A stretch of 64,000 nt of DNA from Dehalococcoidia bacterium (GCA_965262595.1 OZ253548.1:1634228-1698227), one strand, 5' to 3'. Counted from the stretch's first letter, positions 37,401-47,749 are shown. Made by a program: numbers and translations. The notes: generated from the letters alone by a model not told the origin.

Positions 37401-39182
37401 TTAGGTCGCCTGGGGCATGGTGAAAGTAAAATTGCAACCTTCCCCTTCTCGGCTTTCTACCGTGATCCGGCCGCCGTGCGCCTCAACCAATTGTTTTACA
37501 ATTGCCAGACCCAATCCGGTGCCCACGTCTCGTCGGGAGCGGTCCGCCTTGTAGAAACGTTCAAAAAGGTGCGGCAGGTGCTGGGGAGCAACTCCGATTC
37601 CGGTATCCTTCACTCTGATTTCCATCCAACCCGGAGTGGGTTGAGCTTCGATGGCAATTCGACCCTGAGGCTGGGTAAACTTGAGAGCATTTTCCACCAG
37701 GTTGACCAGGATTTGGTTGAGCTTATCACCGTCAGCCATTATTAGAGGCAAGTTATCCGGTACCCCGGTATCGATTGTCACTTCCCGGGCCTCGGCCGTT
37801 TCCCGAAATTGTCTCCTGACCGCCTGCACCAGCGGAGGCAACGACGTCGGTTCGGCATCAATGATGAACTGGCCGCTCTCCATCCGGGACAGCTCAAGCA
37901 GATCGTCAACCAGGTTGTTTATTCGGTCCACGTCCCGAAGCATCCGCGACAGAAAATCGGCGGCAATCTTCGGGTCCTCCATTGCGCCCAATTCAAGCGT
38001 TTCCACTATCGCCTTGATCGAGGCCATCGGGTTGCGCAGCTCGTGAGAAACATTGCTGACAAACTCTCTCTGGCTGATCTCTACCTGGCGGATTCGGGTC
38101 AGGTCATGCAGGGTCAACAACACACCCCGCGCGCTGGTTTCATCCAGAGGCGTGGCAATAGCGCTGATGTAACGGCGGGGATACAGTAAGGCTACCTCCT
38201 GCTGCAGGCGAACCTTGTCGGCCTGGCACTGGGACACCAAACGATGTATCTCGTGGTCCCGGACCAGTTCAATCAACCTGGAACCTTCGGCTTGTTGCCC
38301 TCCGATTCCCAGCAACCCTCGGGCCGCCGGATTCAGCAGCATTACCTGCCCTGACGGCTCGGTTACAATTACCCCGTCGGCCATGGTGTCCAGCACCGCC
38401 GATAAGGTGTTGCGCTCGGCGGAAAGGTTCCGGATTACACCCCGCACCGAATCGGCCATCCGGTTGAAGGCGTCGGCCAGTTCATGGATTTCCCCGGGAG
38501 CGTAGGACTGAACCCGGTAGTCCAGTTCGCCGTCGCCCAGCCTTTGGGAACCTTCGGTAACCAGGTGAACCGCCTGGGAGGTCCGGCGGGCGGTCAAGTA
38601 TCCCAGCGCCATTGAAAGACAACCAACCGCTAGGGCCCACAGCGCCAGGGGGATAAAAATCGGGCCCAGGTTATACTCGGCCCGGGACGCGGGCTCCCCC
38701 AGGCGGACGGCGCCAATCACCGCACCGTTATTCCAAATCGGGACGGCGGTATAAAACATCACTTCAGAACCGGCTGGGTCATTCCGTGAGCTACGTCCCA
38801 AATCGCCGGCTAGAGCCTGCCTGACCTCCGGGAGAATGCTGTAATTCCCCGGCGGAGATTCCGGGGACTGAGGGCTATCGGCCAGGACGGCCCCGTCGAT
38901 GGAAATTATGGTGATATGAGCATTAACCACCTGCTCCAGTTCACGGCTCAAGTCCTGGAGATTGGCGGTCTTGGCCGGAAGGGTGAGAGCGGTGGGGTCA
39001 AGAGAGGGGGAGAAGGTTGCGCTGACCAGTTGGGCTTGCTGTTCCAGCCGCTGCTCCCAGGCAGTGGCGAAGCGGTCACGCAACATACCGGTCAGGAAAA
39101 AAGTTGGCACGGCCAGGGCAAGAAAAATGAGCGCCGCGTTGGTAAGAGCGATTCGCCAGTTTAAGGAGGGTTGAAAGTTCAT
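37401..39182 (-). CDS. Sensor histidine kinase (PhoR-like: TM-sensor-TM-HAMP-PAS-HisKA-HATPase)
   Basis: H-box SHELRNPMASI, ATPase boxes KDTGIGV and GTGLGLAIVK. ATGA overlap with the upstream regulator. Confidence 0.85.
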   Translation of the reverse strand: MNFQPSLNWRIALTNAALIFLALAVPTFFLTGMLRDRFATAWEQRLEQQAQLVSATFSPSLDPTALTLPAKTANLQDLSRELEQVVNAHITIISIDGAVLADSPQSPESPPGNYSILPEVRQALAGDLGRSSRNDPAGSEVMFYTAVPIWNNGAVIGAVRLGEPASRAEYNLGPIFIPLALWALAVGCLSMALGYLTARRTSQAVHLVTEGSQRLGDGELDYRVQSYAPGEIHELADAFNRMADSVRGVIRNLSAERNTLSAVLDTMADGVIVTEPSGQVMLLNPAARGLLGIGGQQAEGSRLIELVRDHEIHRLVSQCQADKVRLQQEVALLYPRRYISAIATPLDETSARGVLLTLHDLTRIRQVEISQREFVSNVSHELRNPMASIKAIVETLELGAMEDPKIAADFLSRMLRDVDRINNLVDDLLELSRMESGQFIIDAEPTSLPPLVQAVRRQFRETAEAREVTIDTGVPDNLPLIMADGDKLNQILVNLVENALKFTQPQGRIAIEAQPTPGWMEIRVKDTGIGVAPQHLPHLFERFYKADRSRRDVGTGLGLAIVKQLVEAHGGRITVESREGEGCNFTFTMPQAT

Positions 39183-39880
39183 CCGTCCAGCCGGTAGCCA
39201 ACTCCTCGAATGGTAACAATGCTCCGGGCCGTGGTGGGGTCTTCCTGAAGTTTCTCACGCAGCCAACTGATGTAAACATCGACCGTTCTGGTCTGACCGA
39301 TATAATCATACCCCCACACTCGCTCCAGAATCTGGTCGCGGGTGAAGGCCCGGCCCTTGTTGGCTACCAAAAGGGCCAGCAAGTCAAACTCCTTGGGTTT
39401 CAGGTTCAGCGGCTGACCGGTCAGCTTGGCCTCGTGGCTGGTCAGGTCTATCTCCAAATTGCCTACCTGAAAGTTCTGGCATTCGGCGTCCGAAATAATA
39501 CCTTGCTCCAGATACCGGGAACGCCGCAAGGTATTGCGAACACGAGCTATCAGCTCACGGATACTAAATGGTTTGGTGATATAGTCGTCTGCGCCCAATT
39601 CCAGGCCAACCACCCGATCGACTTCCTCTCCCTTGGCGGTCAGCATTAGGATCGGAACTTCCGATTCCCGGCGGAGAATGCGGCAAATTTCAAAGCCGTC
39701 CAAGGTAGGGAGCATGATATCGAGCAGCACAATGGAGGGTTTTAATCGGCGGGCCAGGTCCAGACCTTCGCCGCCATCAGTAGCAGTATGTACCTGGTAC
39801 CCTTCGCGCTCCAGATTGTAGCGCAGGGCTTCAAGAAGGTTTTCCTCGTCTTCTACGACCAGTACCGATCTTTCCGGCAT
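39179..39880 (-). CDS. OmpR/PhoB-family response regulator
   Basis: Receiver VLVVEDEE...LLDIMLP...K, and winged-helix C-terminus LTPKEFDLLALL...IVTIRGVGYRL. Confidence 0.9.
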   Translation of the reverse strand: MPERSVLVVEDEENLLEALRYNLEREGYQVHTATDGGEGLDLARRLKPSIVLLDIMLPTLDGFEICRILRRESEVPILMLTAKGEEVDRVVGLELGADDYITKPFSIRELIARVRNTLRRSRYLEQGIISDAECQNFQVGNLEIDLTSHEAKLTGQPLNLKPKEFDLLALLVANKGRAFTRDQILERVWGYDYIGQTRTVDVYISWLREKLQEDPTTARSIVTIRGVGYRLDG

Positions 39881-40057
39881 GGAACCTCTGCCCGAGTCAC
39901 CTGGCCTACAGCGCGACCGCTTGGGAGACTAGAAAACGAAGACCAGGATGGCAGGATTCAAAATGTTAAACCGAGGTAAATCGAAAGAGTCTCCAAACTA
40001 TTATACCAGCGCCCGCCGGTAAGGACGCACCCTGCGCGAACAATCGAACTATTCCAT

Positions 40058-40396
40058 CTAATCTGCGGACAACGCCAATTCGAGGGATTCGAGGGACTCA
40101 AACTCCGGTTGGCAATCCCGTAGTTCCGCCAGCGGGTACCGGGTAATTTCCCAGACCCCGGCCCAGGCTACCACCAGGGTTTCATCATATTCCACCGTAA
40201 CGGAGCGGGGACAGGTAATTTCCTGAGCTTCGCCGCCTTCGGTCAGCTTTTCACCGGTTATCGGATGCCGGTTTTCCGGGGCATTTTCGCGGAGCCAACG
40301 GTGGGAGAAAGCGCTCTGCTCGCCATCTTGCCAGGTGATAACCAAGGCATTGTTTTCTCGGGCGATTTTCTTAATCGGATTTAATGCTAACTCCAT
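40058..40396 (-). CDS. DUF971-like small protein
   Basis: ATG 40396 (GGGAGGG upstream). LVITWQDGEQSAFSHRWLRENAP...HPITGEKL resembles the gamma-butyrobetaine-hydroxylase N-terminal (DUF971) pattern but lacks the Cys residues. Confidence 0.5.
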   Translation of the reverse strand: MELALNPIKKIARENNALVITWQDGEQSAFSHRWLRENAPENRHPITGEKLTEGGEAQEITCPRSVTVEYDETLVVAWAGVWEITRYPLAELRDCQPEFESLESLELALSAD

Positions 40397-40588
40397 GCCT
40401 GCCCTCCCAGTCCTTTCCTGCGTGGTCAACCCTTGTTCTAACCGGTGACCAGCATTACCGCCCACAGCGCGGTGTTTTCATATCTAACAACATTAGAATA
40501 CAGGAAGGGTTTTAAGCTGAAGTTACGAAAAGGTTAAATATTGGTTGCCTTAATGTTAAGTAATTGTTAACTGCCGAAACAGGAAACG

Positions 40589-40618
40589 TAAAAAACCTCT
40601 TGATTGCTCCGGAGGTTT
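40589..40618 (-). terminator. Rho-independent terminator after the NHL-repeat gene
   Basis: On the minus strand, aaacctc-cggagcaatcaa-gaggttt is followed by a T5 run. Confidence 0.5.
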
Positions 40619-40683
40619 GATTAGCCCGGTGGTCGGCAGGTCAGGATAGCGGGCGGCCGGAAGAACCCAATTGGGGCGACGCG

Positions 40684-41718
40684 TTACAATCCAACCACTC
40701 GTATGCGGTGGTTATGAGTATCGGCAATAAAAATGTTGCCCGCGGCGTCCACCGCCACGCCGTGGGGCCGGGCCAGACCGGCGGCGGTAGCTGGGCCGCC
40801 GTCGCCTTCTCCGCCGTCACGCCCGCCCGCAATGGTGTCCACCACCCCGGTCTGGGCATCAATGCGGCGAATAGCAAAATTCTCGGTATCCACCACAATA
40901 ATATTGTCGTCAAGGTCGCAGCGGATCGCCTTGGGCGCGCCCCAGGTCGCATCCAGGGCCGGGCCCCCGTCGCCGGTATAACCACGAATCGCATCCTTAC
41001 CCGCGATGGTGGTCAAAATGCCGGCCGGGTCAATTTTCCTTACGCCGTTGCCCTCTCGTTCGCAAACGTAGGTATTACCCAATCGGTCCATGCAAACGGC
41101 GCGGGGTCCCATCAAAGCGGCTTGGGCAACCGGCAGGCCGTCTCCATCCCGGGACTTGCTTCCCGTGCCGGCAAAGGTGGTAATAATTCCGGTCGCCAAG
41201 TCAACGCTCCTGATGCGTTGGTCCTGAATGTCGGCAATCAACACATTTCCCTTACCATCCAGAAACAAGTCGTTCGGTTCACGGAGCATCGCCGCGTTCC
41301 CCGGGCCGCCGTCTCCGCTAAAACCGACTTCTCCGGTACCGGCAATGGTGCTAACCGTACCGGTCGCTCCGTCGATTTTGCGGACAGCGGCATTTATACG
41401 ATCAGCCAGGTAAATGTCGCCATTTTCATCGACTGTAATGGCGTAGGGCATATCAAATGTTGCTTCCATGGCCGGGCCTCCGTCTCCGGTGAATCCGGTC
41501 TCTCCGGTTCCGGCCACCGAGGTAATAACGCCGGTCGCAGCGTCCATCCGTCTAATAATATTCAGCGTGCCCATCGCAACAAACAAATTACCCTGGCTGT
41601 CGAAAGCGCACATGTATGGTTCCTGGCAAGCGGCCTGCACCGCTGGACCGCCATCGCCGCTACAGCCTTCCTCCCCGTTTCCCAAAACCGTCTCGATTAT
41701 CCCTTTGGCAACCGGCAT
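40684..41718 (-). CDS. NHL-repeat beta-propeller protein (no signal peptide seen)
   Basis: About six repeats of the pattern GTG..GFSGDGGPA..A.L..P.....D..GN.YIAD..N.RIR. Confidence 0.75.
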   Translation of the reverse strand: MPVAKGIIETVLGNGEEGCSGDGGPAVQAACQEPYMCAFDSQGNLFVAMGTLNIIRRMDAATGVITSVAGTGETGFTGDGGPAMEATFDMPYAITVDENGDIYLADRINAAVRKIDGATGTVSTIAGTGEVGFSGDGGPGNAAMLREPNDLFLDGKGNVLIADIQDQRIRSVDLATGIITTFAGTGSKSRDGDGLPVAQAALMGPRAVCMDRLGNTYVCEREGNGVRKIDPAGILTTIAGKDAIRGYTGDGGPALDATWGAPKAIRCDLDDNIIVVDTENFAIRRIDAQTGVVDTIAGGRDGGEGDGGPATAAGLARPHGVAVDAAGNIFIADTHNHRIRVVGL

Positions 41719-41820
41719 AGCAAATCTCCTTTAAGGAATTACACGCTATCCAATAAACGTAAAAGTACGGGGTTCCCCCGGCCCACCTGGTCAGGGACAG
41801 ATGGGTTAAATCTCCGGCAG

Positions 41821-42205
41821 CTACCTGACTAACTGCCGCTCCGTACCATTTCGGCTTCTTTGCCCAAAGGCGTAAATCAGTCCTATTACCGGAATGATCG
41901 AAAAGGTCAGCGGTAGCCACCAATCTCCCTTAGAGATTCCCAGCAGTAAAGGTATGGAGGCGATGATGTCGGCTATGATGCTGATGCCTAAAAGGACCAT
42001 AACCACTGTGACCAACCAGGATGGGAGCCTGGGAACAAAAGCCAGGAGAACCAGGGCAATGGCGGCGATGGGATGCACCCCCATTAGCACGACCCGCCCC
42101 CAACACGGCGCCGCCGAAGGCGAAGCCGGCGATTGATGCAATAAGAACGGCTGCCACCAACTGGACTATTGCCAGAATCATCAAGATTATTCGCGTTACG
42201 ACCAC
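41821..42205 (-). pseudogene. Small polytopic membrane protein apparently split by a frameshift
   Basis: ORF 42205->41930 is hydrophobic only up to ...FGGAVLGAG. ORF 42141->41821 is hydrophobic from RVVLMGVHPIAAIALVLL. The frames swap at the run gttgggggc (C5 at 42097-42101 on the + strand). Confidence 0.35.
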
Positions 42206-42289
42206 CCTTACAAATATTGGTCGCTAATTGGCGGCGCCTTTTACTGCCAAAGGACCACTTACCGGCCCGGAACGGCCTCTGGCCGCGGC

Positions 42290-42886
42290 CTATCCGGTGG
42301 CTAGCGCCAGGCCCAGGCTGCCCTTGATAGCGTCCACCTGCCGTTGAAAATCGGCGTCGGACAGCGCCGGTTCCAACCGGCCCAGGTCAACGCGGGGCAT
42401 TATGTCCACCCAGGAAGTGCAGCCGCCGTACTCCTTGATGTAGGGTACGCTGACCGGCCGCTCCATTCGGTACACCCGCAAAAGCAGGATGGACAAGGGC
42501 AACATGGGCTTCCAACGGAGTCGGGATTGGGCATAGGCGTCGGTCCAGATGTGGTGGGAGGAAAGATGTTCCACCTTCTCCTGCGTCTCAACTTCAATAA
42601 TCTCCTCTGCCCTGGCCCAATGGGCAAAAGTGATGGTATCCGACTTGGGGCGATCCTCCAGCAACCGACTCAGAGCGGGTTGATAAGTCGATTTCAACAG
42701 GTCTTCCCGCTGATGTTCGTAGGTGGAGTAGAGCAGGAACTCGGGATGGACAACCCTGAAATCCTTACCTGATTCGTGGATACCGCCCTTGCGCAGCAAC
42801 AGGATTTGCTGTCCCTGAGCCAGGGCATCAACGGTGATGGCCCACTCCTTGAGGGCGATTTGGCAGCGGTCAGGCAACATAGTCAT
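42290..42886 (-). CDS. DUF1802-family protein
   Basis: IALKEWAITVDALAQGQQILLLRKGGIHE and LLYSTYEHQ match my recollection of DUF1802. Confidence 0.6.
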   Translation of the reverse strand: MTMLPDRCQIALKEWAITVDALAQGQQILLLRKGGIHESGKDFRVVHPEFLLYSTYEHQREDLLKSTYQPALSRLLEDRPKSDTITFAHWARAEEIIEVETQEKVEHLSSHHIWTDAYAQSRLRWKPMLPLSILLLRVYRMERPVSVPYIKEYGGCTSWVDIMPRVDLGRLEPALSDADFQRQVDAIKGSLGLALATG

Positions 42887-43081
42887 GACTTTCCTCCCGC
42901 AGGTCAGCTAATGTGCATTTTATACCTGCCGATAAACGGCAGTTCTTCCGGTTGTATCGTAGCTAATCTTAACCGTCAGCGGCGTATTAGGCAATTGTCG
43001 GGTCGCAGGCTTGCGTCTCGTCGTTAGATGCAAAAGCAATTCCTTCGGTTGCCCGACCCCTGATAATCCCTCGCAACTTGG

Positions 43082-43483
43082 TCACTCAATCCAGAAATGC
43101 GGATTCCAGGCTATCTCCCACAGGTATCCATCCGGGTCGGAAAAGTAGCCGGAGTAGCCGCCCCAGAACGTGTCCTGAGGCGGTTTTACCAGGATTGCCC
43201 CGGCCGAGACGGCCACGTCCAGCAAAGCATCCACTTCTTCCCGGGAGCGCAGGTTGTGGGCCAGAGTAACTCCGGAAAAGCCGCTGCCCTCCGCCGAAAT
43301 GCCCACATCGGCGGCCAGGGCTTCCCGGGGATAGAGGGCCAGCCAGGTGCCCCGGTTCCGGAAAAAAGCGATGGACTCGGTGTTTTCGTCAAAGAGAGTC
43401 AAGCCCAGCCCGTCACGATAGAACGCAACTGAGCGGGGCAAGTCGCTTACACTCAAGGTAATAATGCTGATTCGCGGCTCCAT
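43082..43483 (-). CDS. VOC/glyoxalase-family protein
   Basis: ATG 43483. ISIITLSVSDLPRSVAFYRDGLGL and the C-terminal GYFSDPDGYLWEI. Confidence 0.75.
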   Translation of the reverse strand: MEPRISIITLSVSDLPRSVAFYRDGLGLTLFDENTESIAFFRNRGTWLALYPREALAADVGISAEGSGFSGVTLAHNLRSREEVDALLDVAVSAGAILVKPPQDTFWGGYSGYFSDPDGYLWEIAWNPHFWIE

Positions 43484-43697
43484 AAATTTACCCCCTGAAA
43501 GAGATACCGGTCGATTAGGGTTAGAGCGTAGTCTTTCCAGCGGCCAGGGCGCAAGCCTGCATTCGTCATAAAAACCACTAGGGGCAGCCATTCTGGCTGC
43601 CCCTGCACGCGATGACATTTTTTATGTCTGCCAGGCAACCAATGTGGCTGCCCTGGCTTATTTCAGCTATGGTTCAGCCTCTCAGGGGACGGAGTGG

Positions 43698-45391
43698 CTA
43701 GCGGCTGGAATCGGACTGCTCGGACCACAACGAAGCCGCACGGGAAACCAGATCGGCAAACTCCGCTACGTCAGCATCCTCGGCCTGCAACCGCCGTACC
43801 CGTCTGGCCTCGGAGTAAACTTCCTCCAGACTGCCTTCCTCGGCCCAGATGCTCCCGCGCAGAAGCTCAGCGTACTCGGCCACCACTGCTGCGGTCTGGA
43901 ACTGGGGCGCGGTATTGCGGAATTCCCGGTCCAGTTCATTCCGGTGAAAGTCCTGGTGAATCTCGGTCCACTCCTTTCCCTCGGGGTGGGCGGAACGAAT
44001 CTTGGCAGTTGCCAATATGCCGTTCGCGCCGTCATTGAGTTTCATTTCGTAGAGGGCGGTTACGCTGTGGCCGGCCCCAACCTCTCCGGCGTCCACCGAA
44101 TTATCCTGGAAGTCGGCATCGGCGACGCGGCGGTTTTCGTAACCCAGCAGCCGGTAGCTCCTTACCACTTCGGGGTTAAACTCCACCTGGATTTTCGCGT
44201 CCCTGGCAATGACCTGCAAGGTTCCGGCCAGGTTCTCCACAAAAATCCCCTGGGCTTCAATCAAAGAGTCAACATAGTGATAGGTCCCATCGCCGTCATT
44301 GGCTAGCTGATCCATCAGGATGTCATTGTAGTTACCCATTCCAAAGCCTACCGTGGTCAGGGTTACACCGGCTTCAACCTGATTCTTAATCACTTTCAGG
44401 ATGGAGTCTGACCCGGTGTTCCCCACATTTCCCACACCGTCGGAAAGGAGCATAACTCGGGTAATTCTCCCATCCTCCACTTCCTCGGCGGCCATCCGAT
44501 AGGCCAACCGCAGCCCGTCCTCGACGAAGGTGGAGCCGCCGGGACGCAGCGAGCCGATCGCCTCCAGGATGGCTCCCTGCTCCCGGCCGCTGGTGGGTTG
44601 CAGCACCACCGAGCCGCGGTCGCCATAGATTACGATGCCAACTTTGTCCGACGGCCGTAGCTCATTAACCAGGAGGCGCAGCGACCGTTGAACCAGCCCC
44701 AACCAGTCATCCCGGCCCATAGAGCCGGACACGTCGATGGCGAAAATTAGCGTCGAGTCCTTGCGATCTCTGGCGCTAACCTGATGCCCCTGCAAGCCCA
44801 CCCGCAGCAGCCAAAGGTTCTCGCGGCCGAACGGTGAAGGTGAGCCGCCCAGGTGGATGGCAAAGGCGTCTTCAGCCGGTGGTTCATAACCCTGGTCGAA
44901 ATAGTTTACGAATTCTTCAACCCGCACCGAGTCTGGATGGGGCAGGTTGCCATCCTGCACGAACCGACGGGCACAGTATAGGAGGCCGTATCCACGTCCA
45001 TAGCGAAAGTGGACAAGTGATCATCCTCGGTATCAATAAAAGGGTTTAATCCGTAATGCCTGAAAAAGGTCAGGTCATAGGCCTCATCGTTCACCGGAGC
45101 CGAGCCACCGATGGTATTGAATCCTGGTACCGGGGCTTCTTGGGTCGTGGATGGTCTGCCTTGAACGATTTCCATGGCCGGTTGTTGAGGCACGGCAGTT
45201 GCCCTAACTGCCGGCGCCTCAGGCGCGCTTTGTTCCCTGGCGGGCGGAACAGACTCCTGCACCGAAGCTATCTTCGAAACTTCTACCACCCGGTCAACTG
45301 GTTCGGGAGCACTATACCCGCAAGCTCCCAAAACCACTATCATCAGGCCGATGCCCAATACTATCGCCAGGATCCTGGATCCATGTGCCAT
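43698..45391 (-). pseudogene. YfbK-like lipoprotein with a vWA domain, interrupted by a 1-nt frameshift
   Basis: The upstream ORF (ATG 45391, AAGGAGGGAG RBS, lipobox LGACG) ends its homologous part at DVDTASYTV. The downstream ORF continues in another frame with ARRFVQDGNLPHPDSVRVEEFVNYF and the vWA MIDAS segment FAIDVSGSM. Together they read as one YfbK-type protein. Confidence 0.7.
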
Positions 45392-45482
45392 GTCACTCCC
45401 TCCTTGGGTATTCGGTTCCGCGGACTGAAACCTCGGTAGTCAACTACCATCGGCGCCGCGGCCACCCCAAGCATCGCACCGC

Positions 45483-46571
45483 ATGATATATTATTTGTAC
45501 AACAAATATGTCACATTCACTGATTTTAGCGTAACGGAGACGCAACACTTGGCAACTTTCCCCGAGCTTTTGAACGGTTACATGGCCCGGACCGGTATCG
45601 GGGACACCGAATTGTCCCGGCGGATCGGAGTGAGCCACCTGACCTTGGTTCGCTGGAAAGAGGGAGTAACCAGCCGGCCACGTCACCGAGATGATGTTCT
45701 CCGGTGCGCTGAGGAGCTTCGTCTCACACCGGAAGAACGCAACGAGTTTCTGGCGTCGGCCGGGTTTGCGCCGGAAGAAGCATCCCCCACTCCACCGTCT
45801 CCACCGTCTCCACCGTCTTCACCGTCTTCGCCGTCTTCGCCGTCTTACGAGCCGGAACCACCTTTGGCAGAATCATTCGAACGGTCAATAGAACCTACAA
45901 CAGAATCCACAACAGAATCCATAATAGAACCTGAAATAGAACTCGCTAACCCAGCGGTGGAACCCACCGAAGTGATGCCCAAGTCCGGCAGTCGGGTGAA
46001 GACTTTATCCATCGCGTTGGCTACCGTAGTAGTCGGTGCGCTCTTGCTGGGAGCCGGAGTGATTGCAGCCCAACTAATCGGAAGCCCCGACCCCACTGCC
46101 GATCCCACTGCCGTGGCCGCTGCCGACGGGGAGTCGATAATACTCCTGGCTCCCTTTGCAAACTACACCGCTGGACAGCAGGGGTACAACATTCGGGGTC
46201 GAATCAAGGAGGAGATTGACCGCGAAATAACGACTGCCGGATTGACTGGGGTGCGGACCCTTGAATGGCCCAATGAAATTGAAGGAGAACCGGCAGCCAT
46301 CGCCGCCGGGCGCATGGCCAATGCGACCATCGTAATCTGGGGAGAGTACGACAGCGGCCGCGTGATTGCAGCGCTCACCATTCCTCAAGACTATTCGGAA
46401 GGCCCCGGATACCAGCGCGACCAACAAGTGGTCAGTTTGGAGTCCTCGCCCGCGGGGCTGTCAATTACAATTAACGTCGCGCTGGCCCAGGAGATTCGGT
46501 ATATGGTGCTGCCAACCCTGGGTAAACTGTATCTGGAGCGGGAAGCTTTCGACGTCGCCAAGAGCGGCTAA
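45483..46571 (+). CDS. HTH (XRE-like) - Pro/Ser linker - TM - extracytoplasmic domain protein
   Basis: HTH segment DTELSRRIGVSHLTLVRWKEG. (PPS/SPS) linker. TM segment LSIALATVVVGALLLGAGVIAAQLI. It ends in a TPR-like LGKLYLEREAFDVA. Confidence 0.6.
   Translation: MIYYLYNKYVTFTDFSVTETQHLATFPELLNGYMARTGIGDTELSRRIGVSHLTLVRWKEGVTSRPRHRDDVLRCAEELRLTPEERNEFLASAGFAPEEASPTPPSPPSPPSSPSSPSSPSYEPEPPLAESFERSIEPTTESTTESIIEPEIELANPAVEPTEVMPKSGSRVKTLSIALATVVVGALLLGAGVIAAQLIGSPDPTADPTAVAAADGESIILLAPFANYTAGQQGYNIRGRIKEEIDREITTAGLTGVRTLEWPNEIEGEPAAIAAGRMANATIVIWGEYDSGRVIAALTIPQDYSEGPGYQRDQQVVSLESSPAGLSITINVALAQEIRYMVLPTLGKLYLEREAFDVAKSG
45792..45845. repeat. 9-bp tandem repeat x6 inside the HTH-TM gene
   Basis: ccaccgtct x3, tcaccgtct, tcgccgtct x2. 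Encodes PPSPPSPPSSPSSPSSPS. Confidence 0.9.
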
Positions 46572-47610
46572 TACAGGCCATGGCTCAAGCCCCGCCGGAT
46601 CCCGCGCCCTGGCCGGCCTGCGATTCAGGTTGGGGCGGGCCTATCAAGATGGCAAACTGGTGGACCATGATGAAGCGATATGGCTCTTCACCCAGGTGCT
46701 GACCACCCGCCCCCGGTCGGTTGAAACCTACAACAGCCGGGCGCTGGCCTACCTGGACCGGGGCCGGCCCGGCGATTTGGACCTGGCAATCGCCGACCTC
46801 ACCCGGGCGATAGGTATCAGACCCGACGACCCCGCTATCTACCTGAACCGGGGAACCGCGCTGGCACGCCGGGGCATGAACGACGACTTGAACCGCGCCT
46901 TAGCCGACCTGAACCGCTCCGTCGGACTCGATTCCGAGTACGCGTCCGCGTTCGCCAACCGGGCCGGTATTTACCTGGAACTGGGTCGGCCCCAAGACCT
47001 GGAGCTTGCCATCAATGACCTGGAGGAGGCCTTGGCAATTCAACCCGACTTGCCAATTATACATTTGAACCTGGGGGATGCCCTGGTCAAACGCGAAAAT
47101 GACGGCGACCTGCCCCGGGCGGTGGAGGCTTATACTCAGGCCATTGAACTCGATTCCAACTCCCCCGTAGCCTACTTCAACCGGGGCCTTGCTTATTCCG
47201 CCCTTGAACAGTGGGAAGATTCCATCGCCGACTTGAAACGCGCCCAAGAGCTTCTCCCCAGTAAACCGGAGTACAACGACGCTCTCTGTTGGCAGTTAGC
47301 GGTAACCAAAGCTGCGGAAGCGGCTATGCCCTACTGCGAGCTGGCGCTGGAGGCTTATCCTAACGGCCAGGCCAGGGGTGGACGGGGTTTGACTCATGGG
47401 GTTAGCGGTAGAGCCGATGCAGCGATTGAAGACTTTGAAGCGTTCATTGACTGGGTGAACGCCTCACCTGGCGAAAGCTGCCGCAGCCGCTACGGGCAAA
47501 TCACCCAGGATTGGATCCAGTCGCTCCAGGCTGGGGACGACCCCTTCGATATTGAAACGCTCCGGGGGTTACGCGTTTTGCCCCGCTTGCCCCGCCAAGA
47601 CCGTTGCTAA
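46366..47610 (+). CDS. TPR-repeat protein; start unresolved, possibly the frameshifted C-terminal part of 45483..46571
   Basis: Clear TPR units run from about 46600 (YNSRALAYLDRGRPGDLDLAIADLTRAIGIRPDD and similar, repeated). The first ~200 nt of the track ORF overlap the upstream gene and look non-coding in this frame. Confidence 0.6.
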   Translation: MQRSPFLKTIRKAPDTSATNKWSVWSPRPRGCQLQLTSRWPRRFGIWCCQPWVNCIWSGKLSTSPRAANTGHGSSPAGSRALAGLRFRLGRAYQDGKLVDHDEAIWLFTQVLTTRPRSVETYNSRALAYLDRGRPGDLDLAIADLTRAIGIRPDDPAIYLNRGTALARRGMNDDLNRALADLNRSVGLDSEYASAFANRAGIYLELGRPQDLELAINDLEEALAIQPDLPIIHLNLGDALVKRENDGDLPRAVEAYTQAIELDSNSPVAYFNRGLAYSALEQWEDSIADLKRAQELLPSKPEYNDALCWQLAVTKAAEAAMPYCELALEAYPNGQARGGRGLTHGVSGRADAAIEDFEAFIDWVNASPGESCRSRYGQITQDWIQSLQAGDDPFDIETLRGLRVLPRLPRQDRC

Positions 47611-47749
47611 AGTTCATTGGCTTACGCTAGTTGTTGCTTGGGGCCAAAGGTATCCGGCCCTGGGCGGAATTGGGGGTTTGTCCTCCCTGGCGATGGTCGG
47701 CTGAGGCATTCTTTGGGGTCGCCTGTTGGGGTTGGGGTTGGCGCTTTAG

